Of a DNA stretch of 64,000 nt, positions 10,192 to 20,392 are shown one piece after another (the stretch's first letter is position 1; each line of letters begins with the position of its first letter). Source of the DNA: Candidatus Bathyarchaeia archaeon (GTDB taxonomy: Archaea; Thermoproteota; Bathyarchaeia; 40CM-2-53-6); the NCBI GenBank assembly GCA_050013255.1, contig JBEKFP010000001.1:128001-192000 (forward strand), given 5' to 3'. The translations under genes and the position numbers were made by a program. Under the pieces are notes generated by a model. That model was not told the origin of the DNA. It saw only the letters and a program-made list of their open reading frames with translations, and searched no databases.

Positions 10192-11058
10192 TCATTTCCT
10201 TTCCCGCAGTTTCCAGATTCCGAATTCGCCGACCGTTTGAGTGGTTTCAACAGGGTTGTACCATATCTTCTTGGTACCGACGATTGAGCGCATCTTCCAA
10301 CCTGTGCTCTTGGGCTTGGTCTCTATGGCTCGCAGAAGGCGGTCTATCTTCGATGTGAGGTCCTGCTTATCCTCAACTGTGAGACTCTGAGCGTCTTCGA
10401 CGTACTGCCGCAGGCCGCTCAGGTTTGATGTTACGGTATACCAGAAACCCCAATCTGAGGCAAGTTTGGCGGCGACGAGTTTCGTGTTTATCTTATTCTT
10501 CTCCTCTTCTTGTGAAATGTCATGCGCCCGGAGAACTAAGAGTAGATCCTTGATGTCCTTCTCACCGGGGAATACGATCTGCAACTTTTCAAGTAACAAA
10601 TCAGCGGGCGTTATGGTCGGCGAATCTAGCTCCAATCGTCCCCTGAAATCCAACGGATGGTTAGCGGCAAGTAATTTGTCGTAAAAGACGTCGACGTAAA
10701 ACCAACCTTTCGGGTGGAAGTAAATTTGCCTCTGGGTAGCGGCGGTCGACATTGTTGTCGGCCTTTTCTCATAATCCATCTCTTCAAAGAATTCTCTCAT
10801 CTTACTTCTTCGGAATCTCATGTATGACATAAAGTCCAGGTCGGTATACTCCTGCTGGCCCTCTCCTAGTCGCATGAGTTTCTCAGCGAAATCTAGGAAT
10901 TCTAAACAGTGGATACGAATTGCTACGCCTCCGAGAAGTCTAATCGGTATTTCTCGTTTCGCAGCTTCGTCGACTAACCGCTTGCCTTCATCGATAAAGA
11001 CCTGGGTCGGGATAATGCCGCCCCATTCCTGTGGCATCTCGACTTTTCGCTCTTCCAA
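10192..11058 (-). CDS. Nucleotidyltransferase-superfamily hypothetical protein
   Basis: LLGGVAI...YTDLDF (GG..DxD) and LLLEKLQI...KDIKD. Confidence 0.6.
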   Translation of the reverse strand: MEERKVEMPQEWGGIIPTQVFIDEGKRLVDEAAKREIPIRLLGGVAIRIHCLEFLDFAEKLMRLGEGQQEYTDLDFMSYMRFRRSKMREFFEEMDYEKRPTTMSTAATQRQIYFHPKGWFYVDVFYDKLLAANHPLDFRGRLELDSPTITPADLLLEKLQIVFPGEKDIKDLLLVLRAHDISQEEEKNKINTKLVAAKLASDWGFWYTVTSNLSGLRQYVEDAQSLTVEDKQDLTSKIDRLLRAIETKPKSTGWKMRSIVGTKKIWYNPVETTQTVGEFGIWKLRERK

Positions 11059-11166
11059 GAAATCATTCCAGCACTGCTATCCTCGAGTTCCGTGGATTTT
11101 TCCTTTCCGTTTACGGGAAACCTCTTAACTCTATGACAATCACAACCCGTTTCGGGTGGTACGGAT

Positions 11167-12345
11167 TTGGTTCGCGACGAAGTCAAACTCAAACGTGTCT
11201 GGGAAATGATGCGCACGGAAGGCCTCGAGGCTTTAGTTTTGCGCCTACCCGAAAACGTCACGTACCTTTCGGATGCTTGGAGCGGCAGAGGCCTAACTTA
11301 CCTAGTTTTCCCGCTCGAAAGAGACCCAGTCCTAATACACCCCGCAGGAGAGACCCTGCCACCTACTTGGGTTTCGGATGTCAGGTTGTACAAGTGGGAG
11401 ACATTCGAACATCTAGGCAGCGCCCTTAACGTGGGCTCGGAACAAGTTCTCAAGGCACTATCGGACATCGGAATAAGTTCCGGCGCCATCGGAGTTGAGG
11501 AGGCCTGGGAATTCATCCTCTCGTCAACGTTAAGGTATGAACTGAACGTGATCGGCCAAAAGACGCTGACGACTCTTAGGGAGAAACTCACAAGGTATGA
11601 GTTGAAGGACGCTTCTAGGCTGCTGATTCAAGCACGCGCAATAAAGACTATGGAAGAAGTGAAAGCCCTCAAGAAGGCGAATCGAATCGCACGCATCGGA
11701 CTGGAAACATTCGAACGAAATCTGAAACCCGGCCTTTCCGAAATTGAGTTATCAACCAAGATTGAGCACGACATAGTCACGCAAGGTGTGATGGAGCACC
11801 GGGCTAATCGTGTCGTCGCGTGCGCTTTCGTAGTATCAGGGCCGTCAACCGCTGAAGCGTACAAGTACGTTGTCGGTAATACGCGGCGCAAGTTGAAGCG
11901 CGGTGACCTCGTGCTATTGGAACTTGACGTGATAGCGGACGGCTATAGTTCTGACACCACAAGAACTTTCATTGTCGGAAAACCTAACAAAGAACAGATG
12001 TCGCTTCTTGAAGCGGTTCTCGATTCGGAAAGCACCGCGATATCGTCAATAAAACCGGGGGTCAGCGCAGCGAAGATTGCACGAATATCGATAGATGTCA
12101 TACGGCGCCACGGACTTGGAGAGTATCTGGTGCATCGGCTTGGGCACGGGATTGGTGTGGGAGTTCACGAACCTATTCCTGCATTGCACGTCGAGTCAAG
12201 TGACCTCCTCAAGCCTGGCATGGTACATAGTGTTGAGCCTGGGATTTATGGCCCGAAGATTGGCGGAATCAGAATAGAGGACGACATACTAGATACGGAA
12301 AAGGGCACTGAATATCTATCGAACTTCCCTAGAATCCAAGAATAG
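11167..12345 (+). CDS. Xaa-Pro peptidase family M24
   Basis: GYSSDTTRT; HRLGHGIG; HE.P; EPGIY; GIRIED. Confidence 0.92.
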   Translation: MVRDEVKLKRVWEMMRTEGLEALVLRLPENVTYLSDAWSGRGLTYLVFPLERDPVLIHPAGETLPPTWVSDVRLYKWETFEHLGSALNVGSEQVLKALSDIGISSGAIGVEEAWEFILSSTLRYELNVIGQKTLTTLREKLTRYELKDASRLLIQARAIKTMEEVKALKKANRIARIGLETFERNLKPGLSEIELSTKIEHDIVTQGVMEHRANRVVACAFVVSGPSTAEAYKYVVGNTRRKLKRGDLVLLELDVIADGYSSDTTRTFIVGKPNKEQMSLLEAVLDSESTAISSIKPGVSAAKIARISIDVIRRHGLGEYLVHRLGHGIGVGVHEPIPALHVESSDLLKPGMVHSVEPGIYGPKIGGIRIEDDILDTEKGTEYLSNFPRIQE

Positions 12346-12391
12346 CCTACATGAATTGTGGCCTGAGAAATATTGGGCGATGGGGAACGCG

Positions 12392-13189
12392 ATGAGTGGG
12401 TTTGATAGGTTATTTCATGTTGCATTCGTTCGCCCGCCGTCAGACAGTTACATTAATTGCGTCTCCTCGAACCCAAGCAAAGGCGATATCGACGTAACGC
12501 TAGCGAGGGAACAACACCGAACGTATACCTCAATCCTGAAAGAAGCGGGCGTTGAAGTAATCGGGCTTCAGTCATTGGAAGCGTACCCAGATTCGGTTTT
12601 CATGCAAGACCCAGCTCTATTGGGTGCCTCTCGCTCCATAATAGGCCGGTTCGGAGAGGAGACTCGCAGGGGTGAGGCGAAAGTTCTCACCGACGAGCTA
12701 AGAAGTCAAAGAGCCCAAGTTGGCGTGTTGAATTTCGTGAACCCTCCCGGCACTTTGGAAGGGGGCGACGTGGTTGTTACTGACAGGGGCATCTTTGTGG
12801 GCGACTCCAAACGAACTAACGCGAGTGGCATTAAGCAGCTGAACGCTATCCTCGACAATCAGGACGTGAGGGCAGTAAGAACGGGGCTTATGCACCTCTT
12901 ATGCGGATGCTCGTACCTAAACAATGGAACGATGATAATAGCGCCTGACCTGGTTAACCCAGATTCATTCCCGCGGTTCAGGTTCATCAGAATACCTGAG
13001 CGCGAATCCTATGCTGCCGATGCATTATACATCGGGGAAGACAAGGTTCTCATACCATCCGGGTTTCCCAAAACTGTTGCCAAACTGAAGGATGTGGGTT
13101 ACCGACCGATCGAAATCGACGTCTCAGAATTTCGGAAGGGCGATGGTGGCGTAACTTGCCTCAGCTCACCAGTCTTTGAACTCTTCTAA
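12392..13189 (+). CDS. Dimethylarginine dimethylaminohydrolase / amidinotransferase family
   Basis: PDSVFMQD; LEGGDV; KGDGGVTCLS. Confidence 0.9.
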   Translation: MSGFDRLFHVAFVRPPSDSYINCVSSNPSKGDIDVTLAREQHRTYTSILKEAGVEVIGLQSLEAYPDSVFMQDPALLGASRSIIGRFGEETRRGEAKVLTDELRSQRAQVGVLNFVNPPGTLEGGDVVVTDRGIFVGDSKRTNASGIKQLNAILDNQDVRAVRTGLMHLLCGCSYLNNGTMIIAPDLVNPDSFPRFRFIRIPERESYAADALYIGEDKVLIPSGFPKTVAKLKDVGYRPIEIDVSEFRKGDGGVTCLSSPVFELF

Positions 13190-13207
13190 TCAGGCTGTAG
13201 GTGCGCG

Positions 13208-13801
13208 TCACCAATGTTCATAGTGAACGACCTCTTTGATGGGCCTTCGACCCCGCTTAAGGGACGGGGATTTCACATCCTTTGCGGCGTAGCCTAAGGA
13301 CAGAACCCCGACTGGGTGGAAGTGATTTGGGATCCCGAGAAGCTGTTTCATCTGGTCGACGCGAAAGACACCCGTAAATGCTGCCGCCAAACCTTTGTTG
13401 ACAGCTGCGAGGAAGATCAACATGCACACGCATCCTATGTCGAAAAACCAGTAAGGAGTTGGCCATTCAATCTCGGTTCCATCTTCATTCAGCTTGTCGG
13501 GTTCTCGGTAACGGTCGTGATAGATCTTCTCGCTGGTGCAGGCCACGACCAGCACTGGAGCCTCTGAAACGAACTTATGAAAACGACTGGAAGCGTAATA
13601 GTCAACCTCTCCCTGAAGCTCCCCAATCTTCTTCTTCAGTTCCTGTTCGGTTACTACTACAAAGGCCCAGCCTTGGCTAAAACCGGCACTTGGCGCATGA
13701 AGGGCCAACTCAAGTAGGCTGTTGATCAGACCAGCGCGGATTGGGTCAGGTCGAAAATTGCGCACCATTCTGCGTTTTCGAACTAACTTGTCAAATTCCA
13801 T
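13208..13801 (-). CDS. Nitroreductase family protein
   Basis: RRMVRNF; APSAGFSQGWAFVVV. Confidence 0.9.
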   Translation of the reverse strand: MEFDKLVRKRRMVRNFRPDPIRAGLINSLLELALHAPSAGFSQGWAFVVVTEQELKKKIGELQGEVDYYASSRFHKFVSEAPVLVVACTSEKIYHDRYREPDKLNEDGTEIEWPTPYWFFDIGCVCMLIFLAAVNKGLAAAFTGVFRVDQMKQLLGIPNHFHPVGVLSLGYAAKDVKSPSLKRGRRPIKEVVHYEHW

Positions 13802-13904
13802 TTCGATTCGGTAACTTACTGTTCACGTTCTGATTTGAACTATTGCAAAAATGCAATGAAAATTTAGAAAGGAAAGGGGGAGACGATAACTGCAGGTTTA
13901 GAAC

Positions 13905-14048
13905 CTAGTATCGTCTGTGTTTCTGGTAGCATGCCCTACAATATACTGGTCGGCCTTGTGTTGGCTTGAACGGCACTTCAGTTTCAGCGCCGCAGTCAGA
14001 ACATGTAACTTTGAACATGCTTCGGCCGCCGTATCCTTCTTGACTCAT
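13905..14048 (-). CDS. CxxC-x17-CxxC domain protein
   Basis: Manual translation MSQEGYGGRSMFKVTCSDCGAETEVPFKPTQGRPVYCRACYQKHRRY (47 aa). Confidence 0.9.
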   Translation of the reverse strand: MSQEGYGGRSMFKVTCSDCGAETEVPFKPTQGRPVYCRACYQKHRRY

Positions 14049-14525
14049 AATCCACTTACACCACTTTACAGGTTAGTTACGCCCAAGATAATACTCAAAA
14101 GTAGAATCCGCAGCGTACCGAACCCTAGGAAGCACCCAACCGTAATTAAAGCTATACCACAAACCCATGTTGACCGATACATGAAGATAGAAAGTAACAT
14201 AGTTTGCTCCTAAACATGCGGCACCCCCCTTGCCTCAGCGAAATCGACCTTTTCCCCCGGAAAACGACTGTTTTCTGCTGTAAGGGACCTCTAAACAGGG
14301 CAATTCCTAAGGAAAAACCGTGAAGATTACATCTCCCATCAGCCTGTATGGCGTTCAACTGAATCAGGCTCGCGGTGGTGAATATTTTGAAAAGCAGTTA
14401 CTGGTATTGGCGGCGGGAAGGCAACCCAACCAAGGAGGACCGGAAAGAACGGAAGGATTAGAGCTTAATGTTGCTAGCCCGCTTATGGCGATCTCAAGTC
14501 GTCATTACCCTGGGGGCTCGGTTAC

Positions 14526-14780
14526 GTGAGAATTGAAGACATTCGCAACGGTATGAGGAACATCCACATCGAGGGCAAGATCGTTGACATGAACCAATTT
14601 ATGCTCGTTCTTGACGACGAGTCAGGCCGCACCTTCGTCAGATACAGCTACAGAAACCTGGTAAAGCCTGTTCAGAAGGGCGATTACGTCAAGGTTGACA
14701 ATGGTCAGGCCGTTAATTACTCTGGGATCCTGCAACTTAAACTCCCGAGGAACGGTCAGATAACACCCTCTCAGGGATAA
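14526..14780 (+). CDS. Single OB-fold nucleic-acid-binding protein (SSB/RPA-like)
   Basis: IEDIRNGMRNIHIEGKIVD...LDDESG...GDYVKVDNG...YSGILQL. Confidence 0.7.
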   Translation: MRIEDIRNGMRNIHIEGKIVDMNQFMLVLDDESGRTFVRYSYRNLVKPVQKGDYVKVDNGQAVNYSGILQLKLPRNGQITPSQG

Positions 14781-14830
14781 CTTAACTCTCGACAGCACAC
14801 TAGCTTTTTGACTTTGAACTGGGATCGATC

Positions 14831-15742
14831 GTGGCCACAGCATCAATAATACTCAGGTTAAGCCGCGCCCAATTCCTGCCGGTGATTCTCTCACCAGTTC
14901 TTGTTGGCACTGCCCTTGCATGGTGGACCGACCGCATCTTCAACCCGTACCTGTTTGGGCTAGTTGTCTTAGGAAGCATTTCGATCCATCTGGCGGCAAA
15001 CACGGTTGATGATGTTTACGATTTTGAGAGCCAAGTGGATGTTGTGTCAAACAGCATGTTTCCACCTGATTTTGGCGGGTGGAAGGTCTTGCCGCGAGGG
15101 TTGATGAGCTTCGGCCAAGCGAAGTTTACCGCCTACCTATTTTTCATTCTGACCACAATTGTAGGCCTCTATTTGACTCTCCTAACAGGTCCGCTTGTCC
15201 TATTGCTTGGTGCAATTGGTATCTTCTTTGCATACTTCCATGTCGCCCCGCCTCTTAGGCTAGGGTACCGCGGGTTAGGTTTGAGTGAACTTGGAATCCT
15301 TCTATCGTTCGGCGTCCTGCCCGTAATTGGATGCTTCTATGTGCAGGCTGGATACGTATCTCCACTGCCCGCGCTCGCAGGGTTACCGCTAGGGTGCCTG
15401 ACCACCACGGTCCTCATCAACCATGACCAAATCTTCTTCGACGCTTACAAGAAGAGCGTCAAGAAAAGTTACACGGTTACCGTGGGGCGCAAGAAGGCCG
15501 TTGTCACCGCCTTCGCGCTAACTCTAATCTCATATGCAACAGTACTAGGAGCTATTCTGTGGCGGTTCCTCCCCGCTTTTACGGGCTTGGTTCTCTTAAC
15601 CCTCCCCCTCTACTTTATTCAAATCCGATTGTACCAAACTCCCGCCAAGTCCCCTTTGCACTACGTGAAACTCACCCAGACAACCTTCGCGCTCTCGGTA
15701 GTCTTCGGCCTGCTACTCACCCTAGGCCTTCTGATCGGCTAG
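14831..15742 (+). CDS. UbiA/MenA-family prenyltransferase
   Basis: NTVDDVYD Asp-rich motif; PPLRLGYRGLG; multi-TM. Confidence 0.85.
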   Translation: MATASIILRLSRAQFLPVILSPVLVGTALAWWTDRIFNPYLFGLVVLGSISIHLAANTVDDVYDFESQVDVVSNSMFPPDFGGWKVLPRGLMSFGQAKFTAYLFFILTTIVGLYLTLLTGPLVLLLGAIGIFFAYFHVAPPLRLGYRGLGLSELGILLSFGVLPVIGCFYVQAGYVSPLPALAGLPLGCLTTTVLINHDQIFFDAYKKSVKKSYTVTVGRKKAVVTAFALTLISYATVLGAILWRFLPAFTGLVLLTLPLYFIQIRLYQTPAKSPLHYVKLTQTTFALSVVFGLLLTLGLLIG

Positions 15743-16362
15743 GCTAATGGGGCAATCACGAAGATTAGCAAATCGAACAAGACATGTGAAACTATAACCG
15801 GAAGCAAACTTCCTGTCCTTTTGTAAATATACCCCCACACAAGGCCTCCGATAAATGCGGTCATGATCAGGGGTAAGTCCAGCGTAGGAAGATGAACCAA
15901 AGCATAAGCGCAACTTGCGGCTAAGAGTCCGGTGCTGGGTCCTAATCGCTCCGAGAATCTGCGCTGAATCAAACCCCGCCAATAGATTTCCTCACCAGGT
16001 CCGATTGGGAAGACTAAAGCTAACGCGATGAGGTAGGTTGGTACAGTTCGGAGTTCGTAGACTCGGCCCACGCCTTCACTGAAGATCGGGTTTGACTTAG
16101 TCGCTTGAAAACCAAAGTAGAACAGAAAATACAGTAGTACTCCACTTACAACGCCCAGAAGCACCAGCCTGCTGTTAATGCGAACTGACTTCTTGCGGCG
16201 ATTGATAGCGAGCGCGACAAGTAGGAGAACTATCGTAGAGAGGCTTAACATCAGCCAGAATTCGAGGGGCCGAACAATGAATACCAGAACCCACAAGCTG
16301 GCGGCTAAAGCAAGCGAGAGAACGGCCCATTCGAAGGGGGTAGCACGCAAGGCTTGGCCCAC
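15739..16362 (-). CDS. CPBP (Abi/CAAX) intramembrane protease
   Basis: EEIYWRG; YALVH; SH..FD. Confidence 0.88.
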   Translation of the reverse strand: MGQALRATPFEWAVLSLALAASLWVLVFIVRPLEFWLMLSLSTIVLLLVALAINRRKKSVRINSRLVLLGVVSGVLLYFLFYFGFQATKSNPIFSEGVGRVYELRTVPTYLIALALVFPIGPGEEIYWRGLIQRRFSERLGPSTGLLAASCAYALVHLPTLDLPLIMTAFIGGLVWGYIYKRTGSLLPVIVSHVLFDLLIFVIAPLA

Positions 16363-16387
16363 AATTAACCAGTTGCCAAGTTCTGAC

Positions 16388-17374
16388 TTATTTTGTGGCG
16401 AATGCTCGTACCGCTGCGTTGATGTCGCCGATGGGCATTATTATTGGCAGTTCCACTCCAGCTTTCCTGTAGTCCTTCAACCGCTCAACGCAATGCTCTG
16501 CACTCCCAGCCAGCGTCAGGGCATCGACGGCAGCATCAGGCATGACCTTAGCAGCCGCTGAAAGGTCCCTCTTGCGCCAAGCCTCCTTTATGGGTTCGAG
16601 ATCCTTCTCTTTGAGCCCGTAGATTTCGAATATCTCCGGTTTGAGAACCTCTGCGACTTGGTATTGTAGAAAGTAATATGACTTCATCAGCTTGCGGGCC
16701 TGCTGAACATCACTTGAGACTGCTGATAGAATGTATGAGGCAACATCAACTCTCTTGCCTTCGCGCTCTCCCTGCCTGACAAACTTAATTTTCTCCCCAG
16801 TGACCTCGGGCGTCATCAAGGCAGGGGAGATGATTACTCCGCTGACAAACTTGGCGGCCATCTTGAGGGACAGTGGTCCAAATGCTGCGAGGTAAATTGG
16901 AAATTTTCTAGAAGGTTTTGTTTCAAGCTTGATATCTTGAACCTTGAAGAATTCCCCGTTTAGCGAGACCGTGTCGCCGTTGAGTAGTCCATTGGTTATG
17001 CTCAGAAATTCTCTGATTCTCTTCAGAGGCTGAGTTTCCTGCACGGGAAAGACGTTAACGCCAAGTTTGGGAAGCCAAGGAAATCCCCCTAGGCCAATAC
17101 CCATGATTACCCTTCCCTCAGAAATGTCGTTCAGGGACAAGAACGTAGTAGTCGCGAGTAGGGGATGACGAGTGACCACACTTACGCACCCAGAACCTAG
17201 TTTGATCCTACTCGTTGCGGGTATCGCGCTTGAGAGGAGGGAAACTGCGTCTTTTATGAAGGGATGTTCATGAACCCAAAAGGATTCGTAACCGTGCGCC
17301 TCTGCGGTTTGCGCGTACTCTGCGGCCTCTTTTCCGGAAATAGTCGGGTTGAAGCCTATGGCGATTCTGTCCAA
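16388..17374 (-). CDS. LLM-class (luciferase-like/Mer-like) oxidoreductase
   Basis: AEAHGYESFWVHE; TSRIKLGSG; RHP; GRVIMGIGLG; IYLAAFGP. Confidence 0.88.
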   Translation of the reverse strand: MDRIAIGFNPTISGKEAAEYAQTAEAHGYESFWVHEHPFIKDAVSLLSSAIPATSRIKLGSGCVSVVTRHPLLATTTFLSLNDISEGRVIMGIGLGGFPWLPKLGVNVFPVQETQPLKRIREFLSITNGLLNGDTVSLNGEFFKVQDIKLETKPSRKFPIYLAAFGPLSLKMAAKFVSGVIISPALMTPEVTGEKIKFVRQGEREGKRVDVASYILSAVSSDVQQARKLMKSYYFLQYQVAEVLKPEIFEIYGLKEKDLEPIKEAWRKRDLSAAAKVMPDAAVDALTLAGSAEHCVERLKDYRKAGVELPIIMPIGDINAAVRAFATK

Positions 17375-17520
17375 AGCGAGGTCAATGCCTCCTGACGGTC
17401 AACGAATTTATCCCTATCTGGGAACCGACGAAGGCGCTTGCTTAGTTCCATCCATTGCCGCCCACAAGAACCAGCGAATTCGCTTATCTGACCGTCATGC
17501 TTGAACAGGTCGAATGAAAA

Positions 17521-20187
17521 TTGGCGAACATTGAGAGAATGCTCAACCCGAGAGCTGTAGCTGCAATTGGTGCCTCTGACGAGGACGGGTCCGTGGGTCA
17601 GTCGTTGATGAAGAATCTCCTCCTAGGGAAGGATCGAAGAAAGATCTATCCTGTCAACAATAGACGAAGCAGCGTTATGGGCCTGAAGTGTTACGTAAGT
17701 ATTGCTGAAGTCCCAGAGCACATTGACCTAGCCATCATCGCTACACCAGCCAAGACGGTCCCCGCCTTGGTGGAAGATTGCGCCAAGGCTGGCGTTGAGG
17801 GAGTGGTGATAATCTCAGCTGGATTTCGGGAGGTTGGCCCAGAGGGAGCTAAACTAGAGGATGAGATCAAGAGCATTCAGGCAAAACATGGCATACGAGT
17901 TCTGGGACCTAACTGCGTCGGCCTCATAAGGCCGGAGGTCGGACTGAATGCGACTTTCCTAAGGGATAACCCACAGCCGGGTCAGATAGCTTTCGTTTCT
18001 CAGAGCGGCGCTCTGGGCTCCGCGATGCTCAATTGGGCCGTCAGTGCTGGAATTGGCTTTAGCATGTTCGCCTCCCTTGGTTCGACTTTGGACATCGACT
18101 ACGGAGACATGATTGACTACTTAGGTGAAGACCCCCACACCAGAAGCATAATCATCTACATGGAAGGCGTCGGAAACGCCAAGAAATTCATGAGCGCTGC
18201 TCGTGGTTTCGCCCGAACCAAACCAATTATCGTCATCAAAGCGGGAAAGCATGCAGCAGGTGCCAAAGCAGCTTCATCTCACACGGGCGCATTGGCGGGG
18301 GACTACGCCGTTTACGACGCAGCATTCAAACGAGCAGGCGTCGTGATGGTCGACGAAATAGGAGACCTCTTCGATTGTGCGACCGTCTTGGACTCCAGAT
18401 TCCTACCCCAAGGCCCTAAGCTCGCAATAGTTACGAATGCTGGTGGACCAGCAGTGCTCGCGGCAGATTCCATCATTACAAATGGGGGCGAACTGGCGCA
18501 GTTTTCGGACAGTACCATTCGCACAATGGACGCTGCCCTCCCACCATATTGGAGCCACGGAGACCCCATGGACATACTAGGGGACGCGGATATCAAGCGA
18601 TACGAGCAGGCCGTGAGAACATGCATTGCCGACCCTAACGTGGACGGCCTCCTAGTCATCTACACTCCCCAAGGAACGACGCAACCTACTCTTGTGGCAG
18701 AAGCAGTGGCAAAGATAGCCGCCGACCGTCGTAAACCAATGCTCACAGTTTGGATGGGAGAGAAGAGCGTCCTCGAAGCTAGACAGGTGTTCTACAGGAA
18801 TAACATACCAACTTACGCAACCCCAGAAGAGGCCGTCAAGAGCTACATGTACATGTATCGCTACAGACGGAACCTCGACCTTCTCTACGAGACTCCGGAG
18901 GAACTTCCAGTCGACTTTGCGCCGCCGAAGAGCCACCTGAAAGTCTTGATCCGCAAAGCCGCCAAGAATAGAACAGCGTTAACCCAGCCCGAAGTTGATA
19001 GATTCCTAGACGCCTACAATATCCCACGAGCGAAAGGATCACTAACCAAAAGCGCGGAACAGGCTGCAATGGTTGCGTCGGACATCGGCTATCCCATTGT
19101 TATGAAAATCTCGTCCGAAGATATCTTGCACAAGACAGACATCGGGGGCGTGATTACGGGCATTGACTCATCGCAAGCACTCAAGGACGCGTACAAGACG
19201 CTCTTAGAACGGGCGCGGAAAGCCAAACCCGATGCAAAGATAGACGGTGTGTACGTCCAGAAGATGATGAGTAACCTCGATTACGAATTGATACTTGGGG
19301 CAAAGAAAGACCGAGACTTCGGTTCAGTCATCTTATTCGGAATGGGAGGAATAGGCGTGGAATTACTACACGATGTTTCAATCGGCCTTCCCCCATTAAA
19401 CCAAGTCCTAGCCCGGCGAGTCCTTGAGGAAACAAAAATCTACCAGGCGCTCTCAAGAGGCCTCAGAAATAAACCGCCAATAGACCTCCGCTTGCTAGAG
19501 GAAATAATGATACGCTTCTCAAACTTAATCGTTGACTTCCCCGAAATTGGGGAAATGGACATTAACCCGCTAGTTGTCTCGGAAGGCAGGCTGTGCGTTC
19601 TAGATGCGAGGATTATACTGGATAAGAACGCCCTTGATCGTACTGAGACATATCCCCACCTCGTAATCATGCCTTACCCAACGAAGTGGGTTACGCTTTG
19701 GAGGACAAAGGACGGGACCGAGGTGACCCTTCGCCCTATTAGGCCCGAGGATGAACCCATGGAACTAGAGTTCATTCGAGGCCTGTCGTCGGAGACAAGT
19801 CGCTTCAGGTTCTTTCAAATCATCAAGGATCTCCCTCACGAGGCACTGGTACGTTTCTGCAACATCGACTACGACAGAGAGATGGCGTTCATAGCAGAGA
19901 CACGAGAGGGAGACCGCAAGGTAGAGGTCGGCGTAAGCCGCCTGATTCTTGAGCCCAACAAAAAGAAAGGGGAATTTGCCGTTGTCGTGTCGGATAAATA
20001 TCAAGCGAAGGGCCTTGGGATCAAACTAGTTGACATGCTAATTGAAGTCGCCAAAGAGAAAGGGGTGGAGAGCATCTACGGAATAATCATGGGGGAGAAC
20101 TTGAAGATGATACGCCTCTGCGAAAAACTTGGATTCACAACAAAGAGAGAACACGAAGATGTGCTCGTAGAACTCAAGCTCAGGTAA
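17521..20187 (+). CDS. NDP-forming acyl-CoA synthetase-like + GNAT fusion (Pat/PatZ-type protein acetyltransferase)
   Basis: GPNCVG; SQSGALG; SHTGALAG; ATP-grasp region HKTDIGGV; C-terminal GNAT LRPIRPED...YQAKGLG. Confidence 0.9.
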   Translation: MANIERMLNPRAVAAIGASDEDGSVGQSLMKNLLLGKDRRKIYPVNNRRSSVMGLKCYVSIAEVPEHIDLAIIATPAKTVPALVEDCAKAGVEGVVIISAGFREVGPEGAKLEDEIKSIQAKHGIRVLGPNCVGLIRPEVGLNATFLRDNPQPGQIAFVSQSGALGSAMLNWAVSAGIGFSMFASLGSTLDIDYGDMIDYLGEDPHTRSIIIYMEGVGNAKKFMSAARGFARTKPIIVIKAGKHAAGAKAASSHTGALAGDYAVYDAAFKRAGVVMVDEIGDLFDCATVLDSRFLPQGPKLAIVTNAGGPAVLAADSIITNGGELAQFSDSTIRTMDAALPPYWSHGDPMDILGDADIKRYEQAVRTCIADPNVDGLLVIYTPQGTTQPTLVAEAVAKIAADRRKPMLTVWMGEKSVLEARQVFYRNNIPTYATPEEAVKSYMYMYRYRRNLDLLYETPEELPVDFAPPKSHLKVLIRKAAKNRTALTQPEVDRFLDAYNIPRAKGSLTKSAEQAAMVASDIGYPIVMKISSEDILHKTDIGGVITGIDSSQALKDAYKTLLERARKAKPDAKIDGVYVQKMMSNLDYELILGAKKDRDFGSVILFGMGGIGVELLHDVSIGLPPLNQVLARRVLEETKIYQALSRGLRNKPPIDLRLLEEIMIRFSNLIVDFPEIGEMDINPLVVSEGRLCVLDARIILDKNALDRTETYPHLVIMPYPTKWVTLWRTKDGTEVTLRPIRPEDEPMELEFIRGLSSETSRFRFFQIIKDLPHEALVRFCNIDYDREMAFIAETREGDRKVEVGVSRLILEPNKKKGEFAVVVSDKYQAKGLGIKLVDMLIEVAKEKGVESIYGIIMGENLKMIRLCEKLGFTTKREHEDVLVELKLR

Positions 20188-20233
20188 TGAGACTTCTTTC
20201 CTATTTGAGACGGGACCATCATGACAGTTGGGG

Positions 20234-20328
20234 TGGTGGGCCCGCCCGGGTTCGAACCGGGGATCTCCGCCGTTCCCATATCATCGATAATGTGAGGGCG
20301 ACGTCTTAACCAGCTGGACTACGGGCCC
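20234..20328 (-). tRNA. tRNA-Val(CAC) with 18-nt canonical 37/38 intron (20273-20290), CCA encoded
   Basis: GGGCCCGTAGTCCAGCTGGTTAAGACGTCGCCCTCACA[TTATCGATGATATGGGAA]CGGCGGAGATCCCCGGTTCGAACCCGGGCGGGCCCACCA; bulge-helix-bulge visible. Confidence 0.95.
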
Positions 20329-20392
20329 AAGGGATGCTTCATCTCATCGGGTTAGCTGCCTAAATTTGTTTGCGAAGGGTACTAAATTCAAC

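Noticed and set aside
14410-14460. AGGACCGGAAAG resembling SRP RNA helix 8
   Set aside because: No AGCA partner or flanking helices; better explained as a short ORF or intergenic sequence.
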